Source: Phaeosaccion multiseriatum
Lineage: Eukaryota > Protista > Ochrophyta, other classes
NCBI GenBank assembly: GCA_965112735.1
Contig: OZ218958.1
Coordinates: forward strand, 3,224,001-3,288,000
Reading direction: 5' to 3'
Length of the DNA: 64,000 nucleotides
In this document: one piece after another, positions 59,147 to 64,000 of the stretch
How the letters are laid out: every line of letters begins with the position of its first letter
Position numbering within the stretch: position 1 is the stretch's first letter
Notes under the pieces: model-generated
The model's input: only the letters and a program-made list of their open reading frames with translations
Database searches by the model: none
Told to the model about the DNA's origin: nothing
Program-made: the position numbers and the translations under genes

Positions 59147-60808
59147 CTAATAACTTGAATCAGGGTCGATGAAGTCGATGACGTCGGGGGGGCGGCTATA
59201 ACGGCAGACCGCAAGCCCCTCGGGGAGATCTGCAGGCAGGTGGTACGCCCACCCAACCGAAAGCTCCCTCAGGCCAGCAGGTAAGGTCTCCAGGGGGCAG
59301 GAGTACTCTCGCCCCAGATGCAGAATCCGCAGAGAGGGAGGGAGGTCCAGGGGGAGGTTAAAGTCACGCCCCATGCGTACCTCCTCTACACCATTGGGAA
59401 GGACCACAGGCTGATTGAAGTAATATCCAAAAGTGACCTTCTTCAACGAGGGGGGAAGAACGATTGGCCTGTTGAACCTTGAGGTACATGAAAACTCTAG
59501 CTCCTCCAGAGAGCTTGGTAACACCAAATCAGCCTGATTGAAGTGTTCTCCAAAAGTGACCTTCTTCAGCGAGGAAGGGAGAGCGATTGGCCCGTTGAAG
59601 AATGAGTTCCATGCAAATTCCAACTCCTCCAGAGAGCTTGGTAGCACCAAATCAGCCTGATTGAAGTGTTGTCCAAAAGTGACCTTCTTTAGCGAGGAGG
59701 GGAGCGCGATGGGCCTGTTGAACACAGAGATAGCTGAAAACCTCAGCTCCTCCAGAGAGCTTGGTAGCACCAAGTCAGCCTGATTGAAGCATTTTCCAAA
59801 AGTGACCTTCTTCAGCGAGGAAGGGAGCGCGATTGGCCTGTTAAACAATGAGAAGTCTGAAAACTCCACCTCCTCCAGAGAGCTTGGTAGCACCAAATCA
59901 GCCGGATCGAAGCGTAAACCGAAAGTGACCTTCTTCAGTGAGGAAGGGAGTACGATTGGCCTGTTGAACCTTGAGGAAGCTGAAAACTCCAACTCCTCCA
60001 GAGAGCATGGTAGCACCAAATCAGCCTGATTGAATTGATCCCCAAACGCGACCTTCTTCAGCGAGGAAGGAAGAACAAACTCGATGGGGCTGTCGAATCT
60101 TGAGCAATTCGAAAAGTGCAGCTCCTCCAGAGAGCTTGGCACCACCAAACGTGCCTGCTTGAATCGATGACCAAAAGTGATTTTCCTAAGAGAGGCATGG
60201 ATGTCCAGGGGCCTGTTGAATGTTGAACCCAAGACAACCTCCTCCAGGAAGCTTGGGAGCACCAAATCAGGCCGATTGAAGCTGCAAGGTAGCGTCACGC
60301 GCTTCACCGATGGGGGTAATAGCGCCAGAACTCTCGTAGTTAGAGCATCGTCTTTCGTCGGACACACGTGCACAGCTAACACACGAAACGATCTCTTCCG
60401 CTCGGACCGCCCCCCGTCTTGATCAAGCCTCTGCTGCTGCAGCTGCTGCTGCTCATCCTGCTTCTCCCTCTTCCTCCACTCCCCTCCCCCCCCTTCGTCC
60501 CTCGCTGCAGTCTCTGATGAAGCATCCTGAGAGCTTCCTCCCGTCACCCTCCGCTGCTGCTGCTGTAGCATGTCGAGGAGACGCTGCTGCGTTTCAAACG
60601 GCATAGCGCGCTTGAAGACCAACGTGCGACATGTTTCTCCGTCAACATCTCTATGAACGCCCCACAGATTCTTGCTCGAAGTGAGGGTGGAAAGAAAGGC
60701 CAACACACTGACTCCAAGCCTGCTGCGTTCAGAGATAACAGCCGCAGCAGCAGCAACGGCGGCGGCGGCTTGAGATCCACTACAACCATCTGCACTTGTA
60801 CCATCCAT
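59147..60808 (-). CDS. Intronless FNIP-repeat (LRR-like) protein
   Basis: Repeats FNRPIALPSSLKKVTFGxxFNQADLVLPSSLEELxF with a 123-bp period. The ORF is open from 60997, but ATG 60808 is preferred because the upstream gene stops at 61029. Confidence 0.9.
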   Translation of the reverse strand: MDGTSADGCSGSQAAAAVAAAAAVISERSRLGVSVLAFLSTLTSSKNLWGVHRDVDGETCRTLVFKRAMPFETQQRLLDMLQQQQRRVTGGSSQDASSETAARDEGGGGEWRKREKQDEQQQLQQQRLDQDGGRSERKRSFRVLAVHVCPTKDDALTTRVLALLPPSVKRVTLPCSFNRPDLVLPSFLEEVVLGSTFNRPLDIHASLRKITFGHRFKQARLVVPSSLEELHFSNCSRFDSPIEFVLPSSLKKVAFGDQFNQADLVLPCSLEELEFSASSRFNRPIVLPSSLKKVTFGLRFDPADLVLPSSLEEVEFSDFSLFNRPIALPSSLKKVTFGKCFNQADLVLPSSLEELRFSAISVFNRPIALPSSLKKVTFGQHFNQADLVLPSSLEELEFAWNSFFNGPIALPSSLKKVTFGEHFNQADLVLPSSLEELEFSCTSRFNRPIVLPPSLKKVTFGYYFNQPVVLPNGVEEVRMGRDFNLPLDLPPSLRILHLGREYSCPLETLPAGLRELSVGWAYHLPADLPEGLAVCRYSRPPDVIDFIDPDSSY

Positions 60809-61028
60809 AGTTACGAAAGAAGAGGAAGAAGTTGAATAAAATACTGCCCTCCAGCCTCTCTCTGTTGGGGGGGGGAGGACCCTCTGGTGCCATCGATTTT
60901 GGTCCCTCGCGAAAATGGAATTGTGTGATATCATTGTGTTACAAGCCAAAACACATTCCTGCGCTCGCCATTCACTCAGGCGCCTTGGTCCGTCCATCTA
61001 TCTATCCGTCTGCGCTTCAGTGCCTGTG

Positions 61029-62898
61029 TCATTGCCCCCCCCGCTTCTGCTCCTCCTCGTCAAGGTCCATCTGCGCCCTCGCTTGCTCCGCCGCCTCCCT
61101 CTCCCTTTCCTGCTGCTTGAGTACGGACAGATGCGGTACCCACACCTTGGGCACAGGAACGCCGTACTTCTTCTCCAGTCGCCGGTACATTTCAGGGTAC
61201 CTGTACCGACGACGGAATGAATGAATGATAGCGTGTAACGGGGGGGGGGATTATTATTATGCACTTTGTTCGAGCGCATGGCAAGCTTCGAGCACACTCA
61301 CGCACGCACTCACGCACGCACTCACGCACGCACACACGCACGCACACACACAAACAGACGCACCTTCCGTAGTACTTGTTGAGCGTGTTAGGGATGGACT
61401 CGAGCTTGTCCGGTGCCCACTCCGCATAGAAGCTCTCCAGGCTCACCCTAGCCTGAATCTTTGCTCTCTCGGGGGCCTCCTCCAGGATCTTGAGCTGCAA
61501 ATAGCCCAGGTAGAAGGCGCCCAGCACCCCCAACACGATTAGCACCATGCGCAGCTTCTTGCTCATCGCTTCCCGCTTTTGGGTATCCGGGACCTGTGCG
61601 TGGGTAGTCGGGGGGTGGGCAGTGGATGGGGTGGGGTGGGAAGAATGAATGAATGGTTGGGGTGGAGAGCATTGCAGGTGCTTCCAACATATTCACCGGC
61701 CTTGCGAAGCTTCGATATCGACTCCATTTATGGTGCTCGACATTGACAAGGTCACATAAACTGAAAATTGAAGAATTGGCCTTGCTGCATCCATGCCAGT
61801 GAGGTGTTGGTACGCCAGGGATCTCATGTGCCCTCCCGCTACCCCCCTCCCTACTCTCCTCGTTCCCTCTTGCTCTCTCTCTCTCTCTCGTGTGTGTGTG
61901 TGTGAGAATGCTACCCTTCTCACCTTCGTGTCTTCGGTCTCCACCCCGACCAAGCCGCATCGGTCCAGCGTGAAGTTCAGCGTCACCGCATTGGCCAGCA
62001 GAGGGAAGCCCCTCTCGTTGTACACCAGCAGCGGGTTACCCAGCGAACGGATGGGGGCGTAGGAAGTGGTAGAGCCGTCGCCATCCCGCCCACTACCACT
62101 ACCACTGCCACTGCCATCAATCCTGCCACTTTGGCGGGAGGGGCGCTGCTGGACAAGCACAAGGTCAGTGGAGTTGAGGTCCATCTTGGAGATCTGAGCA
62201 AGGCGGAGAGGGCAAGAGGAAGAGGGGAGAGGAGGAGGGTATAGGGTATAGAGAGGCGGAGAGGGGGAGGATGAGATGATGCAACAGGGAGAGAGGGGGA
62301 GGGTATAATGTAGGTATGTATGCAAGACGAGGAGCAACCGTTACATGCCGCTGCCGACCTACAGTACCCTGGCAGTCGCTGCCCTGCTTGACTGTGCCTC
62401 TGGGGGAACCACATCTCTCTCCCTCTCCCTCTCTCTCTCCAAGCCTCTCCCGCCCCCCCAACCAACCTTCTCATACGTCCTGCGCACGCTCAGAGGCAGC
62501 TCAGCCCCCGCCGCAAAGACAATGTCCGTCACGTCCTCCGCCCTAAAGCGCCCGTCCGCCCCTGCCTCACACTTCTTGACATCCACCAGCCCCATCGCCC
62601 TGGGCACCACATCCACCGCCTTGGTGATTGCGCTACTCCCTCCAGCCACCTCGCCACTACTGCCCCCGCCGCCGGAAGCAGGGCTACGGGCAATGTTACC
62701 CTTGGACAGAGCAAGGGCGATGGCCGCGCCTCTGGCCAGGGCGAGAGCGCCCGGCTGCTCCACTGCAGCCGCCTGTTTGAAGAGGGTGATGACCTCATCT
62801 CGGATGGAGGACGTGGGGGAGAGACCGCCCGTCAAGATGACGCGCTGGACCTGCTCGGTCGGTGGAGGAGAAGGGAAGGGGAGGACAAAACAAGGGGA

Positions 62899-62941
<43 letters not shown>

Positions 62942-63447
62942 AGGGGGGGGGAGGGGAGGGGGGGGGGTAAGCACAAACAAAAACAGCACGTGCGTACATG
63001 TCGAGAGAGAGAGAGAGAGATGACCAGGACGAATCAAACTCGGTACCGCACCTGCGCAGGCAGAACATCCGCAGCCTCCAGAGCCCCCGTTAGTGCCGTT
63101 CGGACGGCGTGCAGCATTCCTCCGGCGGCGGCCTCCATGTCCCCCCGGGACAAGCTCGTGCTGTACTCGAAGGATGGGTCGACGCTGCTGCACCCCTGAG
63201 GGAGGCTCACCTCCGCGCTCTCGGAGGAGGAGAGTGTCTCTCGGGCCAAGCGGGCTTGCTTGAGCAGACACCGCAAGAGAGTCTGTTTGGGGGTGGTTGG
63301 GGTTGGGTTGTTTTGTTGCGAGGGAGGGAAAGGAAGGGGAGGAGGGAGGGATGGAGAGGTGGAGACATGAGGTGCATGCCATGCAAAATGGAGGAAAGCG
63401 CACCGGTGAGGTAGGAGGAGATACGGAGAAAGATTGAGGAGAGCGAC

Positions 63448-63487
<40 letters not shown>

Positions 63488-64000
63488 CCCATACGCGCAA
63501 GCCCGCAGCCGCCCCACAGACTCCTTAAGTTGTGACAGGAGCCGCACACTCGTCTCGCACCTTATCCTTGGCGAACTGTTCGCCGTGCCTGTCCTCGATG
63601 GCGGCCATTAGGGCCTTTGCGATCTGCCGCTCCATGTCCAGGCCTCCGCTGTAACTGTCACCCGCCGACCCCAGTAGCCTCATCTGCTGGCCTCCCCCCT
63701 GCCCTTGCCCTTGCCCTTCGCCCTCCCCCTCATCCTCACGCTCGTCCCTCATACTCTCCACTACACCGACATCGATGCAACTGGCCCCCACGCTCACAGA
63801 GACGGTCAACTCCCTGGCGCCACTCCCGCTGCTCTTTCCCTTCTTCTTTCCACCAGAGGCAGGAGAAACAGACGACTCGCCCCCACCACCCCCCACTCCT
63901 CCTCCTCCTCCTGCTGCTGCTGCTGCCGCTGCTGCTGCTCCTTTGTCTCCTGGCAACGCCACATGGCTCAACACGCTCGCCCCCAGAGCCGCCGCCAGGG
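61029..64000 (-). CDS. Divergent Hsp70/actin-fold protein with a C-terminal TM helix (5' end outside the window)
   Basis: VSVGASCIDVGVV, LLGSAGDSYSGGLDME, LLKQARLARETLSSSESAEV, YSTSLSRGDME and VQRVILTGG are collinear with the Hsp70 NBD. Then MVLIVLGVLGAFYLGYL and FYAEWAPDKL..IPNTLNKYYGR|YPEMYRRLEKKYG; stop at 61029. Confidence 0.75.

Overview
Eukaryotic, GC-rich, intron-rich nuclear DNA, most likely from a photosynthetic stramenopile (ochrophyte). This is inferred from an HCF107-like plastid RNA factor with an 'ADA-F' targeting-like motif and from PTPAPT mucins. Host genes, left to right: (1) a secreted Cys-rich/mucin-like protein whose stalk is encoded by 31 tandem intron+exon cassettes (48- and 90-nt phase-0 exons) behind a GC-AG first intron; (2) a CEP83-like coiled-coil protein; (3) an SLC17/PHT4-type MFS transporter; (4) an intronless Q/S-rich PX-like protein; (5) a multi-pass membrane protein; (6) an HCF107/Mbb1 HAT-repeat protein; (7) a KCTD-type BTB protein; (8) an intronless FNIP-repeat protein with hypervariable patches; (9) the 3' part of a degenerate, membrane-anchored Hsp70-fold protein. 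A 4.8-kb tandem duplication (20170-24986 / 24987-47000) created a chimeric middle gene. That gene then received a nest of four LTR elements, all starting TGTGG and all with 4-bp TSDs: outer degenerate Ty3/gypsy A, chromovirus B, solo LTR D, and intact chromovirus C inside D. B and C lack a tRNA primer-binding site and carry a perfect palindrome abutting the 5' LTR, which suggests an unusual priming mode. There are also two non-autonomous TIR element families. All coordinates were read by eye and no searches were run.
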